A stretch of DNA of 64,000 nucleotides from an uncultured Spirochaetales bacterium (GTDB lineage Bacteria; Spirochaetota; Spirochaetia; Sphaerochaetales; Sphaerochaetaceae). The translations under genes and the position numbers were made by a program. Location: the NCBI GenBank assembly GCA_949282255.1, contig CASDPA010000009.1, forward strand, positions 4,646 through 68,645, read 5' to 3'. The notes under the pieces are model-generated. The model saw nothing but the letters and a program-made list of their open reading frames with translations, did no database searches and was not told the origin of the DNA. Positions 6,700 to 14,888 of this stretch are shown one piece after another; position 1 is the first letter of the stretch, and each line of letters begins with the position of its first letter.

Positions 6700-9264
6700 A
6701 TGAAGGTTCTCGTATTGGGTGCTGTTGCTGCGGGTACAAAAGCTGCCGCTAAGATAAAAAGGGAAGACCGATCCATCGATGTCAAGATTCTTACAAAGGA
6801 TGAGGATATCTCATATGCAGGCTGCGGCCTGCCGTATTATGTCGGGGGAATGATCCCCAGCAGGGAAGATCTCATTGTCAACACCCCTGAAAAATATTCT
6901 GCACTTACAGGAGTGGAGGTTGTCACCGGCGCACAGGCTGTCTCAGTAGATACGAAAAACCACGTGGTGGAGTATCTGAAAAACGGAGCATCCTTAAAAG
7001 AGACCTATGACCGCTTGATCATAGCCACCGGTGCATCTGCTTTTGTTCCTGATATCGAGGGCAAGGATTTGGAAGGTGTTTTCAAGGTAAGGACACCTTC
7101 GGATGCTGTCGCACTGAGGAATTACGCAGATCGTGATGATGTCGGATCTGCAGTTGTCGTCGGTGCCGGATTCATCGGACTTGAGATTGCAGAGAACCTT
7201 TTGGCTAAAAAACTGAATGTCACGGTAATAGACTTTGCAAATCAGATCATGCCCAACGCATTTGACTACGAGATGGCTGAATGGGTCAGAAAGAAGATCG
7301 TCGCGCGCGGAATCAAGGTTCTGGTCTCAACAGGAATCAAGGCTATAAGAGGAAAGGATAAGGTCGAGGCCGTTGAAACCTCGTCTTCAGTTCTCAAGGC
7401 CGATCTGGTTGTTCTTGCGATAGGCGTGAGACCGAATACCTCCTTCCTTGAAAAAAGCGGCATCGAGATGTCAAAGGGAGCCATCCTTGTCGACGATTTT
7501 ATGAGGACCAATATAGAAGGAATTTATGCTGCAGGAGACTGTGCTCTTGTGAGAAACAGATTCACCGGAGAGAGGATGTATTCAGCCATGGGTTCCACTG
7601 CAAACATATCGGCCAGGGTATTGGCAAAAAACATCGTTGGTAAGAATGCCTCTTATCAAGGGGCTTATGGCACCGGTGTTGTCAAGGTGCTGGATAATCT
7701 GAATGCAGGGCGTACCGGTCTTACAGAAGCACAAGCTGTTTCTTTTGGACATGAACCGGTGAGTGTTGTGGCGGTCACGGATGACAAGGCACATTATTAT
7801 GCAGGAGCATCATTTTTTGTCACAAAGCTTGTTGCGGATAAAAAGACAAAGAAACTGCTTGGAATCCAGGTCGCAGGTTCCGGCGCTGTCGATAAAATGG
7901 TGGATATAGCCGTCACAGGGCTGGCCACGGGAATGAGAATCGATGATTTCGATACGCTGGATTTTGCGTATGCACCGCCTTTCTCAACGGCTATCCATCC
8001 ATTTGTTCAGGCCTGCAATATTCTTGAAAATAAGATTTCAGGAGAATTTGAGACCATAACACCATATGAATATCTGAAAAATGGCGCAAAAGGGTATCAT
8101 GTAATAGATGCGCTGCCGGAAAAGACCATAGCGGGTGCCAAATGGGTAGACTTGACCAAGGTTGTTGATTCCATTCCCGGAATTGCAAAGGACGAGAAGC
8201 TTCTTTTGGTTTGTGCGAAAGGTAAAAGAGGATATTTTCTGCAAAATAGGCTGAAGGCTGCCGGATATACCGAAACAAGGGTATTGGAGGGAGGATTGAC
8301 CGTTAACGATGTTAAAATCGATTTTGGCTCCCTGATCCCGGAATCCGAAGTCAAACGGGTCAAGGGGCTTGGGTGTCTTCAGGATAAGAGGAATCCGGAT
8401 CATTTCAATGTCAGGGTCATCACTGTCAATGGAAAGATATCCAGCGAGCAGCATAAGGTCATAGCCGAGGCTGCGGAACGGTTTGGCTCTGGAGAGATCA
8501 CAATGACCACCAGGTTGACTTTGGAGATACAGGGAGTACCTTTTTCCAATATCGAGCCATTGCGTGAATTCATAGCAAAAGCGGGGTTGCAGACTGGTGG
8601 AACCGGATCGAAGGTACGCCCGGTTGTATCCTGCAAGGGAACGACCTGTCAGTATGGCTTGATAGATACCTTCGCCTTGTCTGAAAAGATCCATAGGATA
8701 TTTTATGAAGGATGGCATGATGTTTCTCTTCCTCATAAGTTCAAGATTGCAGTCGGCGGATGTCCTAATAATTGTGTCAAGCCGGATTTGAACGATCTTG
8801 GTATAGTCGGGCAGCGCGTAATCCTTTTCAACTTGAACAAATGCAAGGGATGCAAGGTGTGTCATGTCGTAAACTCCTGTCCGGTAAAGGTTGCTTCTGT
8901 CAAGGATGGAAGGCTGCGGATTGAAGCCGATGGTTGCAACCATTGCGGACGTTGCGCCTCCATCTGTCCTTTCGGGGTTACCAGCGACTGGACAATGGGT
9001 TATAAGATATTCATCGGTGGAAGGTGGGGTAAGCGTGTGGCTATGGGAAAGCCCCTTTCAAAGCTTATGACTTCGGATGAGGAAGTCATCGATATCATCG
9101 AGAAAGCCATCCTGTTGTTCCGCGATGAAGGAAAGACAGGTGAAAGGTTTGCCGATACCGTTGAGCGCCTTGGGTTTGAATATGTTGAGAAGAAACTTTT
9201 CAGCACAAATCTGGATAAGGAAAAGATATTGAAGAAGGAGGTTGTGGGCGGAGCAACCTGTTGA
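6700..9264 (+). CDS. fusion protein: CoA-disulfide reductase/NADH-oxidase-like flavoprotein + rhodanese + siroheme sulfite-reductase-like (AsrC/Dsr-type) module with ferredoxin insert
   Basis: 854 aa. The N-terminal part has GAVAAG, SYAGCGLPYY and VVVGAGFIGLE. The middle part has the rhodanese loop CAKGKRG. The C-terminal part has SCKGTTCQYG and GGCPNNC (C-x5-C ... C-x3-C) plus CKGCKVC...CP and CNHCGRCASICP. Confidence 0.85.
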   Translation: MKVLVLGAVAAGTKAAAKIKREDRSIDVKILTKDEDISYAGCGLPYYVGGMIPSREDLIVNTPEKYSALTGVEVVTGAQAVSVDTKNHVVEYLKNGASLKETYDRLIIATGASAFVPDIEGKDLEGVFKVRTPSDAVALRNYADRDDVGSAVVVGAGFIGLEIAENLLAKKLNVTVIDFANQIMPNAFDYEMAEWVRKKIVARGIKVLVSTGIKAIRGKDKVEAVETSSSVLKADLVVLAIGVRPNTSFLEKSGIEMSKGAILVDDFMRTNIEGIYAAGDCALVRNRFTGERMYSAMGSTANISARVLAKNIVGKNASYQGAYGTGVVKVLDNLNAGRTGLTEAQAVSFGHEPVSVVAVTDDKAHYYAGASFFVTKLVADKKTKKLLGIQVAGSGAVDKMVDIAVTGLATGMRIDDFDTLDFAYAPPFSTAIHPFVQACNILENKISGEFETITPYEYLKNGAKGYHVIDALPEKTIAGAKWVDLTKVVDSIPGIAKDEKLLLVCAKGKRGYFLQNRLKAAGYTETRVLEGGLTVNDVKIDFGSLIPESEVKRVKGLGCLQDKRNPDHFNVRVITVNGKISSEQHKVIAEAAERFGSGEITMTTRLTLEIQGVPFSNIEPLREFIAKAGLQTGGTGSKVRPVVSCKGTTCQYGLIDTFALSEKIHRIFYEGWHDVSLPHKFKIAVGGCPNNCVKPDLNDLGIVGQRVILFNLNKCKGCKVCHVVNSCPVKVASVKDGRLRIEADGCNHCGRCASICPFGVTSDWTMGYKIFIGGRWGKRVAMGKPLSKLMTSDEEVIDIIEKAILLFRDEGKTGERFADTVERLGFEYVEKKLFSTNLDKEKILKKEVVGGATC

Positions 9265-9288
9265 TAGGTTGTATGTGCTTGCACAAGT

Positions 9289-9323
9289 ACCGTTTTTTCT
9301 GGAATTTTTTCAGAAAAAACGGT
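9289..9323. terminator. perfect 13-bp stem-loop (possible terminator or RNA stability element)
   Basis: ACCGTTTTTTCTG / CAGAAAAAACGGT around a 9-nt loop, 25 nt after the stop of the fusion gene. No T-tract follows the stem on either strand, so this is atypical for an intrinsic terminator. Confidence 0.45.
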
Positions 9324-9414
9324 ATCATCGTAATCGGATTTGCCAGACTGCATGATCAGGAAAGGGCCTTGAAATAATCCTTGAATTGTTTTGTTTAATT
9401 TCCTGGAGACGATC

Positions 9415-10332
9415 ATGCCGAAACGTTGTATTGCCGTTCTTTTTATCGTTTTGTTTTCATTTGTTCCTTTGTTTTCTACATCTTTTCTTGATTCTGAAGG
9501 CAGGCTTGTCGATGTAAAAAGCATTGAAAATACAGCATGCCTGAATTCATCGCTTGCCGATTTGTGGCACCTTGCCGGGGGAAATGTATCAATAACAATC
9601 AAGGATGCCATCGAAAAGGGGTATGCCCCTCAAGATGCTTTTCTTGTGGATAACGGTGCGGGAATACACATTGATGAGGAAATGCTCATTTATAACAAGC
9701 CTGATTTCGTGCTTGCGTCCCCGGATACGCCGAGTCATGTCAAAGCGGTAGAAAAACTTGAACGTCTTAATATTCCTGCAGCATTGATCAGATTGGAAAG
9801 TTTTGGGGATTTCTATCATTATTTTTCCATTTTGACGGATTTGACAGGTCGAAAAGATCTTTTTGAGATTCATGGAGAGGGACAGAAGGTCCGGATAGAA
9901 GAAATTATTTCAAAAGCGCAAAAGGTTGAAGAGAAACCTTCTGTACTCTTCGTACGATGCGGAAGCGGTTTTTCTTCCACGCGCGCAAAGACCAAGGATG
10001 AGCATTTTGCTGCAAAAATCCTTGCAGATCTTGGTGCCCATAATATCGCAGAGGATGTTCCTGTGCTTTCCGAGAGTCTTGCTTTGGAATCCGTTCTTGT
10101 TTGCGATCCGGATCTCATTCTCATCGTCCCTCAAGGCAATGAGGAGGCGAGTATTGCCTACATGGGAAGTTTGTTGGATAAACCGGGCTGGCGGAATCTG
10201 AAGGCGGTTGAGGAGGATAAGGTGTTTTTCCTTCCCAAAGACTTGTTTCATTACAAGCCTAATGGAAGATGGGCCGAGTCTTACTTTTTTTTGGCTTCGA
10301 TCCTTTATCCGGGAGTTTTTGATGAGAAATAA
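9415..10332 (+). CDS. ABC transporter substrate-binding protein, iron-siderophore/cobalamin (FecB/BtuF) class
   Basis: PBP type-8-like ORF upstream of a FecCD permease. The start is placed at ATG 9415 (GGAG 7 nt upstream) rather than TTG 9391. A signal peptide is present. Confidence 0.8.
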   Translation: MPKRCIAVLFIVLFSFVPLFSTSFLDSEGRLVDVKSIENTACLNSSLADLWHLAGGNVSITIKDAIEKGYAPQDAFLVDNGAGIHIDEEMLIYNKPDFVLASPDTPSHVKAVEKLERLNIPAALIRLESFGDFYHYFSILTDLTGRKDLFEIHGEGQKVRIEEIISKAQKVEEKPSVLFVRCGSGFSSTRAKTKDEHFAAKILADLGAHNIAEDVPVLSESLALESVLVCDPDLILIVPQGNEEASIAYMGSLLDKPGWRNLKAVEEDKVFFLPKDLFHYKPNGRWAESYFFLASILYPGVFDEK

Positions 10333-11296
10333 AGCTCCGATTGCATTTTCTTGTGCATTTGCACTATTGTTCATTGTATTTGTTGCTGCAATCGGTTTTG
10401 GCAGCTCAGGTGTTTCTTTCTCCTCTTTTTTTTCAAAGGATGAGACTGCATTGGTAATTTTTTATGCATTGCGGCTTCCCCGTGTTCTTGGAGCCTTCTT
10501 TGCAGGAATCGCATTCTCTGTATCCGGAGTCCTGATCCAGAGTGCGACAGCAAACGATCTGGCATCTCCGAATGTTGTAGGAATCAATGCCGGAGCAGGC
10601 TTTTTTGTTTTGCTGTTTCTTTCTTTTTTTCCTTTTGCTTATGCTTATCTTGCCCTCGCATCTTTTCTCGGAGCCTTGTGCGCTGTCCTGATAGTGGTTT
10701 TCATTTCATCGTTGGTAAGAAGTTTCGATGTGAAGAGCACCCTCATACTATCAGGTGTTGCCGTTGGCGCGTTGTTCAACGCTGGTATTTCTGTCATTTC
10801 CTCCTTGGATCCGGATGTCCTTTCAACATACAGCGCTTTTTCCATAGGTGGGTTTTCGGGCCTGTATTTGGAAAACCTGTATGTTCCATCCTGTTTCATT
10901 ATTGCCTCCTTCATCGCTTCCTTGTTTCTTGCAGGAAAGCTGAATTACCTTTCCCTTGGGGATGAGATCGCATCCTCAATAGGCATAAGGGTAAGATTGC
11001 TCAGGCGTTCAGCCTTGTTGGTCGGAGCTCTTAGTGCCGCATCTGCAGTAACATTTTCTGGCTTGCTTGGCTTCGTGGGGCTGGTGGTTCCTCATATGGC
11101 ACGTTATATCATCGGTGATGATCTGAGAATGAAATTGCCGTTTTCCGCCTTGCTTGGGGCTATCCTTGTTATTTTGGCCGATCTGCTGGGCCGTATTGTG
11201 ATAAGGCCGTCCGAGCTTCCAGCAGGAATATTCATGGCCGTCATTGGTGTTCCTTTTTTCTTATTTTTGCTGCTTAAAAGGAGGATGTATGGTTGA
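10322..11296 (+). CDS. FecCD/BtuC-family ABC permease
   Basis: About 9-10 TM helices with typical FecCD motifs (LRLPRVL, NDLASPN..G.NAGA, GFVGLVVPH). ATG 10322 overlaps the upstream stop by 11 nt. Confidence 0.9.
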   Translation: MRNKAPIAFSCAFALLFIVFVAAIGFGSSGVSFSSFFSKDETALVIFYALRLPRVLGAFFAGIAFSVSGVLIQSATANDLASPNVVGINAGAGFFVLLFLSFFPFAYAYLALASFLGALCAVLIVVFISSLVRSFDVKSTLILSGVAVGALFNAGISVISSLDPDVLSTYSAFSIGGFSGLYLENLYVPSCFIIASFIASLFLAGKLNYLSLGDEIASSIGIRVRLLRRSALLVGALSAASAVTFSGLLGFVGLVVPHMARYIIGDDLRMKLPFSALLGAILVILADLLGRIVIRPSELPAGIFMAVIGVPFFLFLLLKRRMYG

Positions 11297-12035
11297 AGTG
11301 GAAGGTCTCGGCCTTGAAACAGGTCGGAAAAGAATACTCAATGATGTTTCTTTTACTCTCCAAGATGGGGAGATCGTTGTGCTTTTGGGCAGCAATGGAA
11401 GCGGCAAAACCAGTTTGATCCGATGCCTCAGCTCGTATTACAACGGCTATTCAGGCTGCATAAAATACGGTGGAAAAGATTTAAAAGAATATCCGATGGA
11501 GAAAAGGGCGTCACTGCATTCGCTTCTTCCCCAAATTGTTCCCTCCGTGGATATGAGTTTGATGCAGCTTCTTTTTTATGCGGCTGAATCTTCGGGGCTG
11601 AACAAAAAAAAGGCAAAAAAAAGAATAGAGGAAGTGCTTATGCTCTCTGGGATGGAAAGTTTTTCCAACACTTTAGTATCAAGGATGTCCGGAGGCGAAC
11701 GTCAGCTTGCATTTCTTTCCTTCATGGCTGTCAGGGACAGTAAAGCATATTATCTTGATGAGCCGGAGGCATCCTTGGATGCAAAATTCAAGAAAAGGGC
11801 AAAAAACATCATCGAGAAGATAAAACAGGAAGATCGCATAGTGCTCTTATCGATGCATGACATGAACAGGGCGCTTATGATTGCCGATAGGATTCTTGTC
11901 TTAAATGAAGGCCGTCTTGCATTCAATGGCAGCCCTTCAGCATTTCTTGACGGCAATCTGGGGGAAAAGTATTTTTCTCTTGAACTGAGAAGGTTGCAGG
12001 ATGAAAACGGAAACAGGATTCAGCTTTATCTTTGA
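11289..12035 (+). CDS. ABC transporter ATP-binding protein (FecE/BtuD type)
   Basis: Walker A GSNGSGKTS, signature MSGGERQ, Walker B YYLDEPEASLD. ATG 11289 overlaps the permease stop. Confidence 0.9.
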   Translation: MVEVEGLGLETGRKRILNDVSFTLQDGEIVVLLGSNGSGKTSLIRCLSSYYNGYSGCIKYGGKDLKEYPMEKRASLHSLLPQIVPSVDMSLMQLLFYAAESSGLNKKKAKKRIEEVLMLSGMESFSNTLVSRMSGGERQLAFLSFMAVRDSKAYYLDEPEASLDAKFKKRAKNIIEKIKQEDRIVLLSMHDMNRALMIADRILVLNEGRLAFNGSPSAFLDGNLGEKYFSLELRRLQDENGNRIQLYL

Positions 12036-12337
12036 GAGTTTTGCATCCATTTTCTCTGCCTTTTCTCTTAATTAAAAGCTTGTTGTTTAAAATCATAAAA
12101 ATCCAATTATGTCGATTTTCCTATTTTTACTTGTATTTTTTCTGTATGTTTGGTTTTGAAGCTATGAAAACCCATACATATTCATCTTTTTGAAGAGGAG
12201 ATTCATGCTTTCAGATTTCAAACGGGGTACGTTTCTTGTTCTTATCGTAAGGAATTTGTGAACCCTTATTATGTGCCATGGATAAAATGCCTTCAAGTGG
12301 AAAAGCAAGATGGGAAGATTTTCCCAGAGGAGGAGTT

Positions 12338-12796
12338 ATGACAAGGGAAGACATGCTTTTGTTGGATGCGTTTTCTTACCAGAAAGATGATTTTCAAGTA
12401 AAAAGGCACATGATCATATTTTATGCTTTGGTCAGTCTTTTAGGTCGGATGGAAGGGTTTTGCAAGACTGATTTGGATATTATAAACGCATCTGCAATAC
12501 TTGAAAATATAAGATGTATGCAGCAGGAAAATGATGAGGTGGAAGATGAGCTAAAATATTTTTTGAATAAAGCGGGATATCCGGAATCTTATTTCAAGGA
12601 TATCCTTTTTCTTTCATCCAAAGATGTAGAAGGGGCTGTCGATAAACGGAAAAGCTTGTTTGACGAGGCTCGTATCATCTCCGGATGCATAGAATCTGAG
12701 GAACCCAAAAAAGAGGCAATGAAAGCACTTGGGGATTGCAAGAGCAATACAGGGCTGAAGCTCCTTATGAATTTGTGCCGGCATCCGGGGTTTTGA
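12338..12796 (+). CDS. hypothetical protein
   Basis: ORF with no motif I recognise. I prefer ATG 12338 (GGAGGAG 4 nt upstream) over ATG 12278. Confidence 0.5.
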   Translation: MTREDMLLLDAFSYQKDDFQVKRHMIIFYALVSLLGRMEGFCKTDLDIINASAILENIRCMQQENDEVEDELKYFLNKAGYPESYFKDILFLSSKDVEGAVDKRKSLFDEARIISGCIESEEPKKEAMKALGDCKSNTGLKLLMNLCRHPGF

Positions 12797-12870
12797 CAGC
12801 TGGTGATATTTTTTATATATTATTCTCTGTTTATGGAAGATCCTTTAAGTAGATGCGGGAGGTGTATTTT

Positions 12871-14124
12871 ATGACCCATCTCCCAGCTGTGATTATTTTG
12901 GTGGTGCTCTCAGCTGTTTTCAGCGGCACCGAGACGTCGTTCACTTCGCTTTCGATAATTCAGAAGAACGAACTCAAAAAGAAGAAGGGTAAGAGGGCCG
13001 AGGTGGCTTACAAACTGGCCAATTCCCCTGATACTCTTCTTACGACTATACTGATCGGAAACAACATCGTTAATATTTCTGCATCAAGCCTTACGACAAG
13101 CATGGTCATTTCCGCTTTTGGAAATCATGCTGTTGGGATTGCAACAGGTGTGTTGACGCTTGTTATTCTCATATTTGGGGAAATAACACCAAAGCAGATA
13201 GCGATCAACCACAACATGTGCATAGCGCTTGCCATGGCTATTCCTGTGAAAATATTGACGATCGTCTTCTTTCCTGTAGTATTTGTTTTCCGCATGATAT
13301 CCAATTTTGTGACCCGCATTTTCTGTCGTAATAAAAAAGATGGAATGAGTGTTGAGGGAATAATGAGTGTCATCGATGCCGCAGAGGATGAAGGGGTTGT
13401 TGAGAAGAACGAGTCGGACATGGTGGAGCGTGTATTCGATTTTTCAAATACGCACATTCTTTCGATAATGACACCAAAGGTCGATGTGTTCATGCTGGAC
13501 GGCGATAAGACGATAGAAGAAAGCTACGAGAAGATTGTGCTTTCAGGCTTCTCCAGAATTCCAATTTATGGGGAAAGCAAGGATGAGATTATCGGAGTTC
13601 TGATCTTGCGCGACATGCTGAAGGCCATTGCCAGGGGAGAAAGGAAAAAGAAGCTTTCGGAAATCGCATCCGCACCTACGTTTGTTCCTGAAATCCTACA
13701 TGTGGACGATTTGTTTTCGCTTTTCAAGAAGAATAAGATCCAAATGGCGATGGTTCTTGACGAATACGGCGAGCTTTCAGGTGTTGTCACCATGGAGGAT
13801 GTTGTTGAAGAGCTTTTCGGCGACATTTACGACGAGCATGAGGTGATCGAGCCCGATGCAATAACAAAGAAAGATGGGGAAGAGGGAGCGTATCTTGTCC
13901 AGGCAGATGTGTCATTCAAGGATTTCGAGGATTATTTTGAACTCGATGTCGACAAGCAGGGATTGCTTACAAGCGTCGCTGCATACGTTACGCAGTTTAT
14001 TGAGAGCATCTTAAGTCCTGGAGATTCTGTTGAAACACCGATAGGCGTTTTCAAGGTCACTGAAATGGAAGGACTTAGAGTAATGCAGTTCGAATTCCAT
14101 CCCTCAGCATCTGTGGAGGAGTAG
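12871..14124 (+). CDS. CNNM/CorC-HlyC family protein (DUF21 + CBS pair + CorC_HlyC)
   Basis: N-terminal 4-TM DUF21 (FSGTETSFTSLS, FGEITPK), a CBS pair region and a C-terminal transporter-associated domain. ATG 12871 lies 8 nt after GGGAGG. Confidence 0.9.
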   Translation: MTHLPAVIILVVLSAVFSGTETSFTSLSIIQKNELKKKKGKRAEVAYKLANSPDTLLTTILIGNNIVNISASSLTTSMVISAFGNHAVGIATGVLTLVILIFGEITPKQIAINHNMCIALAMAIPVKILTIVFFPVVFVFRMISNFVTRIFCRNKKDGMSVEGIMSVIDAAEDEGVVEKNESDMVERVFDFSNTHILSIMTPKVDVFMLDGDKTIEESYEKIVLSGFSRIPIYGESKDEIIGVLILRDMLKAIARGERKKKLSEIASAPTFVPEILHVDDLFSLFKKNKIQMAMVLDEYGELSGVVTMEDVVEELFGDIYDEHEVIEPDAITKKDGEEGAYLVQADVSFKDFEDYFELDVDKQGLLTSVAAYVTQFIESILSPGDSVETPIGVFKVTEMEGLRVMQFEFHPSASVEE

Positions 14125-14222
14125 TAGAGATATCTGGTTAAGCTCACATGTATATGAAGCATGCAGGCGGGCCGTTAAAACTCGAAATACGTTGTCTTAT
14201 TCTACTGGTGAAAATTCTGGTA

Positions 14223-14876
14223 TCATTTTCCAGCAAGCTCTGAAAACGATGTCTTCATCAACCCTGAGTCGAGAGCCTGGTACAGAAACCTGGATGCAAG
14301 TGATGAGTATGGGCTCCACTTCGAGCACCGCTTTATTACAGCATCCTTTTTCGTGTTTTTTGTTTCGTAAAGCCATTTATAGGCCTGTAGGAATGCTCCA
14401 TCCTCATACGGTAGTATGTCCTGCCTCTGTAATACGAAAAGGAGATACATCTTTGCGGTCCAGTTTCCTATCCCTTTTACAGATGTGAGCTCTTTCATCA
14501 CATTCTCATCGCTCATTCCTTCAAGCTTCGAAAGATCAAGGCTTCCGTCTGCGACAGCGTTTGTGAACGACATGATATATCCGGCCTTGGCCTTGGATAT
14601 CCCGATGGATGCAATATCGTCCATGCTCAAAATCAATATGCGGTCAGCAGTTATCCGTCCTCCTGCAACAGTCTCCAGTTTCTCAATCAGCTTGCCTGCC
14701 GAGGCGTTTGAAAGCATCTGCGAGACAATCTGCTCAACGATGAATTCATAGCCATCGGTGTACATGGGACAGTACACGCTCTTTGCAATCGATATAAGTT
14801 GGGCAAGTCTTTTGTCTTTCTTCTTGAGAGCCTTGATTCTCTCGTCTTCCTCTGTGATTATGAATGGTTCCATCAC
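14223..14876 (-). CDS. DNA-3-methyladenine glycosylase II-like (HhH-GPD, AlkA family)
   Basis: 217 aa with the helix-hairpin-helix element LTSVKGIGNWTAKMYLLF and a downstream Asp-containing segment (ILPYEDGAF). RBS GAGGAAG. Confidence 0.8.
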   Translation of the reverse strand: MMEPFIITEEDERIKALKKKDKRLAQLISIAKSVYCPMYTDGYEFIVEQIVSQMLSNASAGKLIEKLETVAGGRITADRILILSMDDIASIGISKAKAGYIMSFTNAVADGSLDLSKLEGMSDENVMKELTSVKGIGNWTAKMYLLFVLQRQDILPYEDGAFLQAYKWLYETKNTKKDAVIKRCSKWSPYSSLASRFLYQALDSGLMKTSFSELAGK

Positions 14877-14888
14877 TTCCTCAAGATC

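Noticed and set aside
8038-8943. 301-aa minus-strand ORF inside the 854-aa fusion gene. Similar long antisense ORFs occur at 4604-5260, 59359-59952 and 61481-62146.
   Set aside because: These are shadow ORFs opposite genes with strong motif support. They have no RBS and no recognisable motifs, and their composition is typical of antisense frames.
9265-9414. Possible cobalamin riboswitch ahead of the BtuF/FecB-like importer.
   Set aside because: The leader is only about 150 nt and is mostly occupied by the 13-bp hairpin. I could not find a B12-box-like element.
12109-12261. Two tiny ORFs upstream of the hypothetical gene. One gives a 16-aa hydrophobic peptide, MSIFLFLLVFFLYVWF (12109-12159). 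The other gives an 18-aa peptide, MLSDFKRGTFLVLIVRNL (12205-12261), with a GAGGAG RBS.
   Set aside because: They are too short to support without conservation or ribosome-profiling data. They could be leader peptides but are equally likely to be chance ORFs in AT-rich DNA.
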